NCBI GenBank assembly: GCA_048772705.1
Contig: JBLWGC010000081.1
Coordinates: 15,566 to 79,565 of the forward strand
Reading direction: 5' to 3'
Source of the DNA: Leidyana gryllorum EB-2025a
Lineage: Eukaryota > Protista > Apicomplexa
Length of the DNA: 64,000 nt
Positions 32,262 to 43,840 of this stretch are shown piece after piece. A model generated the notes under the pieces. The model was not told the DNA's origin. It saw only the letters and a list, made by a program, of their open reading frames with translations, and did not search any database. The translations under genes were made by a program, and so were the position numbers. Position 1 is the first letter of the stretch. Each line of letters begins with the position of its first letter.

Positions 32262-32341
32262 CCGGGGGTAGCTCAGTTGGTAGAGCATCTGACTGTAGTG
32301 CTGGCATCAGATAGTCGGCGGTTCGATTCCGTCCCACCGGA
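32262..32341 (+). tRNA. trnY: tRNA-Tyr(GTA) with 7-nt intron
   Basis: Same as 12920. Confidence 0.88.
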
Positions 32342-32608
32342 AGTAGCGTGGTGATTGGCAAAGTACTACTCAACCTGATGGTTTTGGCAGACAGCGTTGA
32401 TAGGCCAACTAGACTACTCCGGCGAGGGTTCCATCTATGTAGTTCGGATGCGCTGAGAATCGATCCCAGAACCTTTCATATACTAAGCACCGTTTCATCA
32501 TCATCTGGGCTAGCCTCCCTCTGTGCCTACCTCATGGCATTGAGTAATACTTCACATAGTGAGACGAGTCTCTCGACTGTACCCAGCGGGTTGAACCACC
32601 AGCTAGGC

Positions 32609-32680
32609 GGCTGTTTGGTCTAGTGGTATGATTCTTCCTTCGGGTGGAAGAAGTCCTGGGTTCGATTCCCAGAACAGCCC
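32609..32680 (+). tRNA. trnP: tRNA-Pro(CGG)
   Basis: Intact. Confidence 0.92.
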
Positions 32681-32793
32681 GTCTGATAGTCGTTGACGCA
32701 ACACGGCACTCGACCCATCCCGGACAATGTCCCTGACAGCTAAGACAGGATCTGAGTTGTTGACTCAACAGGCTGCAACCCGGCCATTCGCTC

Positions 32794-32866
32794 AGACGCT
32801 ACTGGGACTCGAACCCAGAATCCCCGGTTCCGTAGACCGATGCCATATCCATTAGGCCATAGCGCC
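32794..32866 (-). tRNA. trnR: tRNA-Arg(ACG)
   Basis: Intact. Confidence 0.92.
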
Positions 32867-33626
32867 GACTAACCGAGCCGTCAAATGAAAAGTGTGTAGC
32901 GATCAAGAGAGGAGGGCAGCTACGCCCGATCGTGGGCTCGGACAAACTTCACCTACATCTCCCACGAGACATCGGAGACATACTATCGAAGCCAGGATTT
33001 GGGCCTGGGTATGCACGGCCACAACTTGCTGTTGTGAGCACTAGACGACCCGGAGTGAGGCTGGTGGGTACCAAAGCCACTTTAGATGTCAAGCTATCGA
33101 GTTTTGTGTCCTTGGTTTCCTGCCGCCCAAGCTCATCGGTAGAGCGCAAGACTCTTAATCTCGCAGTCGCGGGTTCGAGCCCCGCGGGCGGTGTGGATCT
33201 ATTTCCCTGGAAGTAAGAATGGAACTGTTGCCTACAAGCACACTCAGCTGGATTTCCACTGCCGGGACTTGAACCCGGATCGTGCGGATGAGAGCCGCAT
33301 ATCCTAGCCACTCAGACTACAGTGGACAAATTCCACAGTGGAGGTCAACAAGATGTGGTCCGTCGGGTCAACCTACAAAGGGGTTGCAGTAGAAAGTGGA
33401 GGGTCCCTCTACTAAGCTCTGCAACATTGTAAGGCGTCTTGTGAGCTCAGTCGGCAGAGCGTGTGGCTTTTGATGACAAGCTCGCAGGTCCGGAACCTAG
33501 CACAACCGGCTTCAGAGGCACCCTAGACATTGACTGCGGTGCTCTCCCAATGGCACTTGTGGTTCGCGACCCTTCAAAGATGACAACGATGGGTTTGAAT
33601 CCGGCCACGTGCAGCTGTACGTACTT

Positions 33627-33699
33627 TGGACGACCTGGGTATCGATCCCAGTACCTCTCGCATGCTAAGCGAGCGCTCTACCATTTGAGCTAGCCGCCC
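33627..33699 (-). tRNA. trnA: tRNA-Ala(AGC)
   Basis: Intact. Confidence 0.92.
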
Positions 33700-33932
33700 A
33701 GGCGCACAGATGAGAAGCTATTGCATCCAGTGGGTGACCAAACGCCCATACAACGGCTGACAAGAGTGGGATTCGAACCCACGCCCTTTCGGACTGCGGC
33801 CTGAACACAGCGTTTGAGACCACTAGGCCACCTTTCCGGAATGTTGTTGACTCGCCCTTCCACGCGTTTCCTGTACTTGGAATCTCAAAATGGAAGGTCT
33901 TCCGGGGTTGGAGGCCGGGGTATTAACGAGCG

Positions 33933-34004
33933 TCCGAGATAGTATAGTGGTGAGTATTTCCGCCTGTCACGCGGAAGACCCGGGTTCGATTCCCGGTCTC
34001 GGAG
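33933..34004 (+). tRNA. trnD: tRNA-Asp(GTC)
   Basis: Intact. Confidence 0.93.
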
Positions 34005-34062
34005 CACACTTAGTTGGTTTCGCTTAGATTCTCCCCTTTGGTTCCCGCTGAAAGTTGCGAGC

Positions 34063-34135
34063 TACAGCCACTTGGGATCGAACTCGGAACCTTCTGCGTG
34101 TTAAGCAGACGTCGTAACCACTAGACCATGACTGC
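34063..34135 (-). tRNA. trnV: tRNA-Val(AAC), T-arm mismatches
   Basis: Loop TTAACAC. Confidence 0.68.
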
Positions 34136-34705
34136 GCGAAAGCTTTGCGGGAACCAAGAGAAGTTGCGAAGTTTCAAGAAGTAGAACTAGTTGCGAGGTC
34201 GCGCCGGGAATCGAACCCAGCTCGGGAGATCCAAAGCTTCCAGTGCTAACCATTCACGACCAAGAATTAAAAGAGTGTATGAAGTCATTGGGATTGGAAA
34301 TGAATGCGTTCAGAGCTGGTACCCACCCGATCGTTGGCGTGGCAGGCGGAAATATAACTTTGATACCATGTCGGAGGCACGCCCCAACCTCAGAGCCCAG
34401 CTTTTCCATTCTCTAGCTTCAACAGACAGCGAACGCTTGGAGTAGCGGGACAGGAACCGAGCTGATAAGATGGCTGAGGGGTCCAAGGCGCTGCATGCAA
34501 GTCGCAGTTCGAAAGGGCGTGGGTCCAAATCCCACTCTTGTCAGGTTGAGCCTGACACGGGAAAAACAAAAGAGTCTGATTGAGCCCATAGTGATTCGAA
34601 AACCCAACCTTCTGATCTGGAGTCAGACGCGGTACGTTGGCCATAGACCCAAAACCATCCCCCGCTCCAGACTCATTACTTGGTGGTCAGGAATGGAGGT
34701 GTTAC

Positions 34706-34776
34706 GCATATGTGGTCTAGTGGTAGAATGTCTCGTTGCCATCGAGACGACCCGGGTTCGATTCCCGGCAGATGCA
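34706..34776 (+). tRNA. trnG: tRNA-Gly(GCC)
   Basis: One acceptor mismatch. Confidence 0.85.
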
Positions 34777-34845
34777 GAGGACACATTGTTGTTTTTTCCA
34801 GAAATTCATGTGTCAGTTGGTGTTTACCTCTCCAACCACATCGCA

Positions 34846-34927
34846 GGACAACTGCTGGATTTGAACCAGCGCGGGCCAGGCCCAGTAGATTTCTAGTCTA
34901 CCCCCTTAACCACTCGGGCAAGTTGCC
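34846..34927 (-). tRNA. trnS: tRNA-Ser(AGA), discriminator G>C
   Basis: Loop CTAGAAA. Confidence 0.85.
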
Positions 34928-35216
34928 GCTGTCGAACTTGGCATTTTGCAGCCAGTGGCTTCGCATACGGTTCAGCACTGCTCGCGCCGGCACGAACCCG
35001 CCGTTCTCCCATCAAACGTCTTGCGCGCCACCGACGGAGTTGGGGCGGCAAGGAAGCTCGCCCTGTACCTGGGGAAGGCCCAAGATCCCATGATCAATAC
35101 AAATGGAATTGGTTACTAAGTCCGAATCTGTATCAGAGATCCACTCACTTGACCACGCCGACATTCCTTTTCCAAGACGGTACGGCTCTCGGCCGAAGCC
35201 CCAACTCAACCACTCG

Positions 35217-35289
35217 TCCACTGTAGTCTAAGTGGCTAGGATATGCGGCTTTCACCCGCACGATCCGGGTTCAAGTCTCGGCAGTGGAA
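35217..35289 (+). tRNA. trnE: tRNA-Glu(TTC)
   Basis: Near-intact. Confidence 0.88.
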
Positions 35290-35739
35290 GTCATTGAACT
35301 ACTCTAGCAAAGTGCTCCACTAATCTCCGTCAATAGCGATTGTTTCGTCATCTCCGGCTTCCATTGGCTTCTTAGTTTAGGGGCAGAGCGTTCGCTCCGT
35401 AAGCGAGAAGTCGCCGGTTCGATTCCGGCTGAAGGCTCGACTGCATCGACTGGGCACCGGCAAGCTGCTCGCAAACTCCAATAATCGTAGCTCAGCCATC
35501 AGAGGTAAGTCTCTCAGCCACGAATCGCAGGTTTGGAACCTGCCAGTACCTGAGGCACCCATAGGGGGCTGTTTGGTCTAATTATATGATTCTTTCTTCG
35601 GCTGGAAGAAGTCCTGGGTTCAATGCCACGTCTCTCCAAGGTCGGCTACTATACGCGGCTCCCACTCGTACAATCCCGAATGAAGTCCAGGCCAGCTGAG
35701 ACAAAATCTGAGTTGCACCAGTTGTGAGGGCTGGAACTG

Positions 35740-35811
35740 CTCCGAGACCGGGAATCGAACCCGGGTCTTCCGCGTGACAGGCGGAAATACTGACCACTAT
35801 ACTATCTCGGA
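35740..35811 (-). tRNA. trnD: tRNA-Asp(GTC)
   Basis: Intact. Confidence 0.93.
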
Positions 35812-35973
35812 CGCTAGTAAACACGCCGGCCTCCAACCCCAGAACTCCTCGCATTTTGAGATTTCACCGACAGGAAACGGGTAACACTTCGGCAAGATGG
35901 CCGAGTGCTGTGTGCAAGCCGCCGTCCGAAAATGCGGGCGGATGATCGCAACCATGTTTAGGCTAATGACTGA

Positions 35974-36045
35974 AGCCTCCTGCCGGAATCGAACCAGGGG
36001 CCTTTCGCTTACAAAGCGAATGCTCTGCCCCTAAGCTTAGGAGGC
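35974..36045 (-). tRNA. trnT: tRNA-Thr(TGT), damaged
   Basis: GCCTCCT/AGGAGGC acceptor, loop TTTGTAA. Confidence 0.7.
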
Positions 36046-36307
36046 ATTCCCTGTCTCGACCCATATGAGTTTTTGATGCTGGGAGTTGCATCATTTCCAC
36101 CACATCGCACGACAACTGCTGGATTTGAACCAGCGCGAGCCAGGCCCAGTAGATTTCGAGTCTACCCCTTAACCACTCGGGCAAGTTGCCAACGGTCGAA
36201 CTCGGCATGCCGCAGACAGTGGCTCCACATACGGTTCACACTTGATGTCCCTGAGATAGATTCGAATGCGAGTGACGCGGTGGCACCGCGGTGGCATGGC
36301 GGTGATC

Positions 36308-36381
36308 GCTCTCCTAGCTCAGCTGCTTAGAGCATCGGCCTTGTGTGCCGGGAGTCGAGAGTTCGATCCCCTCGGGGAGCA
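36308..36381 (+). pseudogene. Single-copy tRNA with Ile(TAT)-like body and TGT anticodon
   Basis: GCTCTCC/GGGGAGC acceptor, loop CTTGTGT, D-loop GG>GC. Confidence 0.62.
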
Positions 36382-36825
36382 AATCGATCCAATGACAGCC
36401 GACGACCACCGAGTGCATAGGAGGAGACCTCTGCGAGTAAATTCTATAAGTGTATCCTCCTGCGGACACTCGACAGTGCGTCGTGCCGTTGGACGGACCT
36501 TGCAGTCGTAAGCCCAACACTCTGGCACTGAGTTCCACTACTTGAGCGTCGGATATCATAAAGGAAGCGGAAATGTGTTTCTTGAGATTCGGAGTGATTT
36601 GACACACCATGAGTGCCGTAGCGGCTGTTTGGTTTGAAGGTATTATTCTTCCTTGCTTAGAAGAACATCGCAACTGAGTCTTGTAGCTCAGTCGGCAAAG
36701 CGTGTGGCTGTTCACACAAAGTCGCAGATTCGAAGCCTGGCAGTACCGGGATCTGCGGTATTCGACTCTCTCATAGAGGTTGGAACTCTGTATTCAAATA
36801 CCAGCAGGTGCCGCCGTACGGAGTT

Positions 36826-36898
36826 TGGACGACCTGGGTATCGATCCCAGTACCTCTCGCATGCTAAGCGAGCGCTCTACCATTTGAGCTAGTCGCCC
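36826..36898 (-). tRNA. trnA: tRNA-Ala(AGC)
   Basis: Intact. Confidence 0.93.
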
Positions 36899-36985
36899 GT
36901 TGTGCAGACCCCATCGATTTTTTTGTTCTCAACATCGTATGACCACTCTCTCGACTGTACTCAGCGGGTTGCTCGACCGACAGCC

Positions 36986-37057
36986 GACTGTTTGGTCTAG
37001 TGGTATGATTCTTCCTTCGGGTGGAAGAAGTCCTGGGTTCGATTCCCAGAACAGCCC
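36986..37057 (+). tRNA. trnP: tRNA-Pro(CGG)
   Basis: One acceptor mismatch. Confidence 0.83.
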
Positions 37058-37263
37058 CGTTGGTTGTCGGTTGACCCGACGCTCTATCTCATCTCAAGAT
37101 GGTACGGCTCTCGGCTAAAGCTGCAGCTGAGGAAGGTGTCCACTGTAGTCTAAGTGGCTAGGTTATGCGGCTCTCACCCGCACGATCCGGCTCCAAGTCC
37201 CGGCAGTGGAGAGTGTGCTTGCAGGCAACAGTTCCATTCTTACTTCCAGGGGATATAGATCCA

Positions 37264-37336
37264 CACCGCCCGCAGGGCTCGAACCCGCGACTGCAAGATT
37301 AAGAGTCTTGCGCTCTACCGACTGAGCTAGGGCGGC
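37264..37336 (-). tRNA. trnK: tRNA-Lys(CTT)
   Basis: Near-intact. Confidence 0.9.
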
Positions 37337-37629
37337 AGGAAAACAAGGACACAAAACCCGATAGCCTGACATTTAAAGTGGCTTTGGTACCCACCAGCCT
37401 CACATAGTGAGACGAGTCTCTCGACTGTACCCAGCGGGTTGAACCACCGACAAGGTGGCGGTTTGGTCTAGTGGTATGATTCTTCCTTCGGGTGGAAGAA
37501 GTCCTGGGTTCGATTCCCAGAACAGCCCGTCTGATAGTTGTTGACGCAACACGGCACTCGACCCATCCCGAACAGCTAAGACAGGATCTGAGTTGTTGAC
37601 TCAACAGGCTGCAACCCGGCCATCCCCCC

Positions 37630-37702
37630 AGACGCTACTGGGACTCGAACCCAGAATCCCCGGTTCCGTAGACCGATGCCATATCCATTAGGCCATAGCG
37701 CC
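37630..37702 (-). tRNA. trnR: tRNA-Arg(ACG)
   Basis: Intact. Confidence 0.92.
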
Positions 37703-37970
37703 GACTAGCGGAGCCGTCAAATGGGAGTGTGTAGCGATAAAGACAGGAGATGGGCAGCTACGCCCGATGGTGGGTGTGGACACACTTCACCCACATCTCC
37801 CATTCGAGACATCGGGGACATACTATCCAAGCCAGGATTCGGGCCTGGGTATGCACGGCCACAACTTGCTGTTGAAAGCACCTAGACGACCCGGACAATC
37901 TTCAAGAGGCTGCTGGGTACCAAAGCCACTTAAGATGTCGGGCCATCGGGTTTTGTGTCCTTGCATTCCT

Positions 37971-38043
37971 GCCGCCCTAGCTCAGTCGGTAGAGCGCAAG
38001 ACTCTTAATCTTGCAGTCGCGGGTTCGAGCCCCGCGGGCGGTG
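37971..38043 (+). tRNA. trnK: tRNA-Lys(CTT)
   Basis: Intact. Confidence 0.93.
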
Positions 38044-38092
38044 CAAATCAATGTCTCTGGAAGCCGTTACCTACAACCACACTCTGCTGGAT

Positions 38093-38165
38093 TTCCACTG
38101 CCGGGACTTGAACCCGGATCGTGCGGTTGAAAGCCGCATATCCTAGCCACTTAGACTACAGTGGA
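38093..38165 (-). tRNA. trnE: tRNA-Glu(TTC)
   Basis: C38>A variant. Confidence 0.85.
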
Positions 38166-38928
38166 CGACTGGTTGAGTTGGGGCTTCGGCCGAGAGCCGT
38201 ACCGTCTTGGAAAACATGGTATGTCGGCGTGATCTCTGATACAGATTCGGACTTAGTAACCAATTCCATTTGTATTGATCGTGGAATCTTGGGCCTTCCT
38301 CGGGTACGGGGCGAGCTTCCTTGCCGCCCCAACTCAGTCAGTAGAGCGCAAGACTTTTGAAGGGAGATCCGCGGGTTTGGGCGGCGCGAGCAGTCCTAGT
38401 AAAGCTCGCTGAACCGTATGTGAAACCACTGGCCGCAAAATGCCAAGTGCGACAGCGGCAACTTGCCCGAGTGGTTAAGGGGGTAGACTAGAAATCTACT
38501 GGGCCTGGCCCGCGCTGGTTCAAATCCAGCAGTGTGCTGCGATCATCGGAGTAGGCGGCTGGGCTCAAAACACCAGCAGTACATGCTAGAGATTGCAGTG
38601 GCGACGCAGAGGCATCAAGTAAGTGAATAGGTGCCATCTGTCGTCGCAGAAGTGGTCGCGTGGCTCAGTCGGTTAGAGCGTGAGCCTAATAAGCTCAAGA
38701 TCCCCGGTTTGAGCCCGAGCGTGACCAAGTGAGTGGATATTTGATAAAGAGTTGCCAATACGAAAGGAACTTTTTACCAAGTCCAAGCTTCCTTGCCGCG
38801 CCAGCTCCGTCGGTAGAGCGCAATACTTTCAATGGAGAGACCGCGGGTTCGGACAGCGCGAGCGCTCCGAGTCAAGCTGCTGAACCGTATGTGAAGCCAC
38901 TGCCTGCGGCATGCCGAGTTCTACCGTT

Positions 38929-39010
38929 GGCAACTTGCCCGAGTGGTTAAGGGGGTAGACTCGAAATCTACTGGGCCGGGCCGGCGCTGGTTCAAATCCA
39001 GCAGTTGTCG
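38929..39010 (+). tRNA. trnS: tRNA-Ser(CGA)
   Basis: Near-intact. Confidence 0.88.
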
Positions 39011-39074
39011 TGCGATGTGATCGGAGAGTCCAGAACCAACTCACGCATAAAACTCAACCATGTGCTATGTCCTC

Positions 39075-39145
39075 TGCATCTGCCGGGAATCGAACCCGGG
39101 TCGTCTCGATGGCAACGAGACATTCTACCACTAGACCACAGATGC
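39075..39145 (-). tRNA. trnG: tRNA-Gly(GCC)
   Basis: Intact. Confidence 0.94.
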
Positions 39146-39241
39146 GTAACATGTTGTTGTTAGAGCTCGTAAACAATAACGGCCGTTTTGCTGCGAATGA
39201 GAAGACAGGGGCAAGTTGAGCGAGTATAAGAGGCGCCTCGT

Positions 39242-39313
39242 GGGTACGTAACTCAGTAGTAGAGCAGCTGACTGCAGATCAGCAAGTCCGTGGTTCAACT
39301 CCGCGCGTGCCCT
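39242..39313 (+). pseudogene. trnC: tRNA-Cys(GCA), D-arm lesions
   Basis: Same lesions as 27810. Confidence 0.7.
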
Positions 39314-39863
39314 GAAGATGACCTGAAGGTTTGAGAATGTTGAAAATCCATCCCTGCCCACATACCAATGAGCCTGGAAGTCGGTGGACAATTTTGGGTC
39401 TATTGCGCAACGGTAGCGCGCCCAATTCCAGATCGGAAGGTGGCAATATTATGAGTTAGTCGGCGGTGCCGATTCCGACCGTGGGAGTGATCGACTTGCA
39501 TCTGACTGTAGTGCTGGCATCAGATAGTCGGCGGTTCGATTCCGTCCCACCGGAAGTAGAGGGTCATTGCCAAACTACTACTCAACCTGATGAGCGTTGA
39601 TAGGCCAACTAGACTACTCCGACGAGAATTCCATCTATGTAGTTCGGATGGGCTGGGAATCGATCCCAGAACCCTTCGTATACTAAGCTACCTTTTCATC
39701 ATCTGGGCTAGCCTCCCTCTATGCCTACCTCATGGCATTGAGTGATACTTCACATAGTGATACGAGTCTCTCGACTGTACCCAGCGGGTTGAACCATTTG
39801 GTCTAGCGGGTTCGATTCCCAGCCCGTCTGATAGTTGTTGACGCTACACGGCACCATTCGCCC

Positions 39864-39936
39864 AGACGCTACTGGGACTCGAACCCAGAATCCCCGGTTC
39901 CGTAGACCGATGCCATATCCATTAGGCCATAGCGCC
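39864..39936 (-). tRNA. trnR: tRNA-Arg(ACG)
   Basis: Intact. Confidence 0.92.
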
Positions 39937-40395
39937 GACTAACGGAGCCGTCAGATGGAAGTGTGTAGCGATCAAGAGAGGACATGGGCAGCTACGCCCG
40001 ATCGTGGGTTTGGACAGACTTCACTTACATCTCCCATTCGAGACATCGGGGACATACTATCCAAGCCAGGATTCGGGCCTGGGTATGCACGGCCACAACT
40101 TGCTGTTGTAAGCACTCGACCCGGACAATCTTCAAGTGAGGCTGGTATGTCGGCGTGACCAAGTGAGTGGATCTCTGATACAAATTCGGACTTAGTAACC
40201 AATTCCATTTGTATTGATCGTGGAATCCTGTGCCTTCCTCGGGTACGGGGCGAGCTTCCTTGCCGCCCCAACTCCGTCGGTAGAGCGCAAGACTTTTGAA
40301 GGGAGAACCGCGGGTTCGGGCGGCGCGAGCAGTCCTAGTAAAGCTCGCTGAATCGTATGTGAAGCCACTGGCCGCAAAATGCCAAGTTCGACAGC

Positions 40396-40477
40396 GGCAA
40401 CTTGCCCGAGTGGTTAAGGGGGTAGACTAGAAATCTACTGGGCCTGGCCCGCGCTGGTTCAAATCCAGCAGTTGTCG
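40396..40477 (+). tRNA. trnS: tRNA-Ser(AGA)
   Basis: Intact. Confidence 0.93.
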
Positions 40478-40564
40478 TGTGCTGCGATCATCGGAGTAGG
40501 CGGCTGGGCTGTGGCGACGCAGAGGCATCAAGTAAGTGAATCGGTGCCATCTGTCGTCGGAGGC

Positions 40565-40638
40565 GGTCGCGTAGCTCAGTCGGTTAGAGCGTGAGCCTAA
40601 TAAGCTCAAGGTCCCCGGTTCGAGCCCGGGCGTGACCA
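40565..40638 (+). tRNA. trnI: tRNA-Ile(AAT)
   Basis: Intact. Confidence 0.94.
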
Positions 40639-40884
40639 AGGCAGTGGATCTGTGATACAGAGTTGCCCTCGACCCGAAGAAGCCCCAACATTCTACGACG
40701 AATACGCATGGAATCTGTTACTAAGTTCGACAGTTGCCAACTTGCCCGAGTGGGGAAGGGGAGATCTACAGGGCCTGGGCCGGGCTGGTGCAGATCCAGC
40801 AGTTGTCGTGCGATGTGATCGGAGGGGTCAGACACCAACTCAAGCGTGAATCCGTGGAATGGTGGGAAAAGCAACTGTGTCTTC

Positions 40885-40955
40885 TGCATCTGCCGGGAAT
40901 CGAACCCGGGTCGTCTCGATGGCAACGAGACATTCTACCACTAGACCACAGATGC
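40885..40955 (-). tRNA. trnG: tRNA-Gly(GCC)
   Basis: Intact. Confidence 0.94.
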
Positions 40956-41075
40956 ATAATATCTTGTTGAGCTAGTCGCCCGCTGTGCAGACCTCATAGC
41001 ATTCCGTGGTTTTCGCCCCTCATCAGATACCTGTTTCCAGAGACACACGCCCCTTTCTCAGTCCGAAAGCTCCGC

Positions 41076-41148
41076 GCAGCCATGGTCTAGTGGTTACGAC
41101 GTCTGCTTCACACGCAGAAGGTCCCGAGTTCGATCCTCGGTGGCTGTA
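41076..41148 (+). tRNA. trnV: tRNA-Val(CAC)
   Basis: Intact. Confidence 0.92.
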
Positions 41149-41366
41149 GCTCGAAACTTTATCTGAGCACCACGAAATCTGAAGCGGAAAAACGAACTGT
41201 GCTCCGAGACCTGGAATCGACCCTGGTCTTCCGCGTGATAGGCGGAAATCCTAACCGCTATACTATCTCGGACGCTGTGGATACGCCGGCCTCCAACCCC
41301 AGAAGTTCTTCCATTTTGAGATTCCACGGATAGAAAACGCGTGGGGCGGCGAGCCAACAACATTTC

Positions 41367-41446
41367 GGCAAGATGGCCGAGTGGTCCAAGGCGCTGTGTT
41401 CAGGCCGCAGTCCGAAAGGGCGTGGGTTCGAATCCCACTCTTGTCA
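41367..41446 (+). tRNA. trnL: tRNA-Leu(CAG)
   Basis: Intact. Confidence 0.92.
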
Positions 41447-41578
41447 GGCGTTGTAGTCAGGACAACCTGCGACTTCATCCCAGCATGCCCCCACGATGCG
41501 CGCGGGACAGCCCGCCGTGCACGTGGCACCCGGCTAACTTTTGTCGATACAACTGCCACATGATTCTCCAGCTAAGTT

Positions 41579-41650
41579 GCCTTCTTAGCTTAGGGGCAGA
41601 GCGTTCGCTTCGTAAGCGAGAAGTCGCCGGTTCGATTCCGGCAGAAGGCT
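41579..41650 (+). tRNA. trnT: tRNA-Thr(CGT)
   Basis: Intact. Confidence 0.9.
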
Positions 41651-41828
41651 TTGATGCATCGATAAGCTTATGAGGAATGGCTGTCGCCACGTACAAGATT
41701 CACAAGATCGTGTTCTGCATCTGTGGTCTAGTGGAAGAGTCGCTCGCTGCCATCGAGATAACCTGTGTGCGATTCCCGACTGCAAAATGGTAGCATGATG
41801 AGTTTGTCGGCGGTTTCGATTCTGACCG

Positions 41829-41901
41829 TGGGAGTGGAGAGGATCGAACTCTCGACTTCAGGATTACGAGACCTACGCGCTACCGACTGCGCTACGCTCC
41901 C
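41829..41901 (-). tRNA. Elongator tRNA-Met body with CGT anticodon
   Basis: Loop CTCGTAA; one acceptor mismatch. Confidence 0.72.
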
Positions 41902-42137
41902 CCTCCGACTTTCTCCGAGGAATCACCTGAACCCAGAACCATGCTGCCAGGCATGTTGGGTCAAGATACAACAAAGCGGGCTGTTCTGGGAATGGAACCT
42001 AGGACTTCTTCCACCCGACGGAGGTAGCATACCACTACACCAAACAGCCGCCTGTCGTTCGTGCAACCCGCTGAAGACAGTTTAAAAAGTGGTCATCCTA
42101 TGTTGAGAACCAACAAATGCGATGGGGTCTGCACCAC

Positions 42138-42210
42138 GGGCGACTAGCTCAAATGGTAGAGCGCTCGCTTCGCATGCGAGAGGTACTGGGATCGATACCC
42201 AGGTCGTCCA
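42138..42210 (+). tRNA. trnA: tRNA-Ala(CGC)
   Basis: Intact, loop TTCGCAT. Confidence 0.92.
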
Positions 42211-42325
42211 AAGTACGTACAGCTGCACGTGGCGGGATCCAAACAAACTTCCATCTTTGAAGGGTCGCAGACCACAAGTGCCATTGGCACACCAGCGCAC
42301 TCAGTGTTTAGTGTGCCTCTGAAAC

Positions 42326-42398
42326 CGGTCCTGGCAGGTTTCGAACCTGCGACTTTGTGGTTAACAGCCACACGCTCTGCCGACTGAGCTACAAGACC
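42326..42398 (-). tRNA. trnN: tRNA-Asn(GTT)
   Basis: Intact. Confidence 0.92.
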
Positions 42399-42515
42399 CA
42401 GCTACAATGGTTCAGAGGTTAGTATAGAGATCCTCCTTTTTCTACAACAGGATTCTGCAACCACGTCTTGTCAAGAGGGTACGGCTCTCGGCTAAAGCTG
42501 CAGCTGAGGAAGTTG

Positions 42516-42588
42516 TCCACTGTAGTCTAAGTGGCTAGGATATGCGGCTCTCACCCGCACGATCCGGGTTCAAGTCCCGGCAGTGGAA
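42516..42588 (+). tRNA. trnE: tRNA-Glu(CTC)
   Basis: Intact. Confidence 0.93.
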
Positions 42589-42637
42589 ATCCAGCAGAGT
42601 GTGGTTGTAGGTAACGGCTTCCAGAGACATTGATTTG

Positions 42638-42710
42638 CACCGCCCGCGGGGCTCGAACCCGCGACTGCAAGATTAAGAGTCTTGCGCTCTACCGACTGAG
42701 CTAGGGCGGC
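42638..42710 (-). tRNA. trnK: tRNA-Lys(CTT)
   Basis: Intact. Confidence 0.93.
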
Positions 42711-42978
42711 GGGAATGCAAGGACACAAAATTCGATGGCCCGACATCTTAAGTGGCTTTGGTACCCACCAGCCTCTTGAAGATTGTCCGGGTCGTCTAGG
42801 TGCTTTCAACAGCAAGTTGTGGCCGTGCATACCCAGGCCCGAATCCTGGCTTGGATAGTATGTCCCCGATGTCTCGAATGGGAGATGTGGGTGAAGTATG
42901 TCCACACCCACCATCGGGCGTAGCTGCCCATCTCCTGTCTTTATCGCTACACACTCCCATTTGACGGCTCCGCTAGTC

Positions 42979-43051
42979 GGCGCTATGGCCTAATGGATAT
43001 GGCATCGGTCTACGGAACCGGGGATTCTGGGTTCGAGTCCCAGTAGCGTCT
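42979..43051 (+). tRNA. trnR: tRNA-Arg(ACG)
   Basis: Intact. Confidence 0.92.
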
Positions 43052-43097
43052 GAGTGGATGGCCGGGTTGCAGCCTGTTGAGTCAACAACTATCAGAC

Positions 43098-43169
43098 GGG
43101 CTGTTCTGGGAATCGAACCCAGGACTCCTTCCACCCTAAGGAAAGATCATACCACTAGACCAAACAGCC
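43098..43169 (-). tRNA. trnP: tRNA-Pro(AGG)
   Basis: Near-intact. Confidence 0.88.
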
Positions 43170-43257
43170 GCCTGTCGGTCGTGCAAACCGCTGAGTACAG
43201 TTGAGAGGGTGGTTATACTATGTTGAGAACCAACACATGCGATGGGGTCTGCGCAAC

Positions 43258-43330
43258 GGGCGACTAGCTCAGATGGTAGAGCGCTCGCTTTGCATCCGAG
43301 AGGTACTGGGATCGATACCCAGGTTGTCCA
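43258..43330 (+). tRNA. trnA: tRNA-Ala(TGC), mismatches
   Basis: Loop TTTGCAT. Confidence 0.75.
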
Positions 43331-43510
43331 AACTCAGTAGGCCGGCACCTGCCGGTGGTAAGATACAGAGTTGCGACCTCTAAGGAAGGAGTAGCCGAAA
43401 TGCAATTCTCGAGATGTTAGTTGCCCTGACTGCCCTACCAAAGTGGGCTAATGAAATGCTGTGTTGGTTCTGAGGGCAACTTGTCCCGTCGGGTTAACCG
43501 ACGACCAAGA

Positions 43511-43582
43511 GGGCTGTTCTAGGAATCGAACCCAGGACTTCTTCCACCCAAAGGAAGAATCATACCACTAGACCAAACAGCC
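43511..43582 (-). tRNA. trnP: tRNA-Pro(TGG)
   Basis: Near-intact. Confidence 0.88.
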
Positions 43583-43840
43583 GAATGGGAAGGGGGATAC
43601 AACCGGCTACGTACAGCCGTAAACTCGAAGTGTGGCTAATTCGTCCTGAAATGAGTACCGTTGCGCAGAATGGGACCCGCACCCATGCAGACTTGCGCCT
43701 ACCAGTATGTGGCAAGATGCCTTAGTGGGTAAGGCGCTATTTTCAGACCCCACTCACATGGTCGTGAGTATCTTTCTCCCACCTTGAAAGGGCACTGGCT
43801 ACCCGCAGAAACCCCAGACTACTTATTTCGACGCTGCATT

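Larger units (their letters stand above)
17290..41320. repeat. ~1.5 kb inverted duplication (~17290-18770 vs ~39860-41320)
   Basis: Asp-psi(ATC)/Val/Gly/Ser-psi/Ile/Ser/Lys-psi/His-psi/Arg in reverse complement. Confidence 0.85.
27360..42210. repeat. ~3.1 kb direct segmental duplication (~27360-30460 vs ~38790-42210) with a ~330 bp indel
   Basis: Gene offsets ~11430 before and ~11755 after the Ser-Ile-Ser block; spacers near-identical. Confidence 0.92.
37630..43055. repeat. ~0.54 kb inverted duplication (~37630-38170 vs ~42510-43055)
   Basis: Arg/His-psi/Lys/Glu, near-identical reverse complement. Confidence 0.87.
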
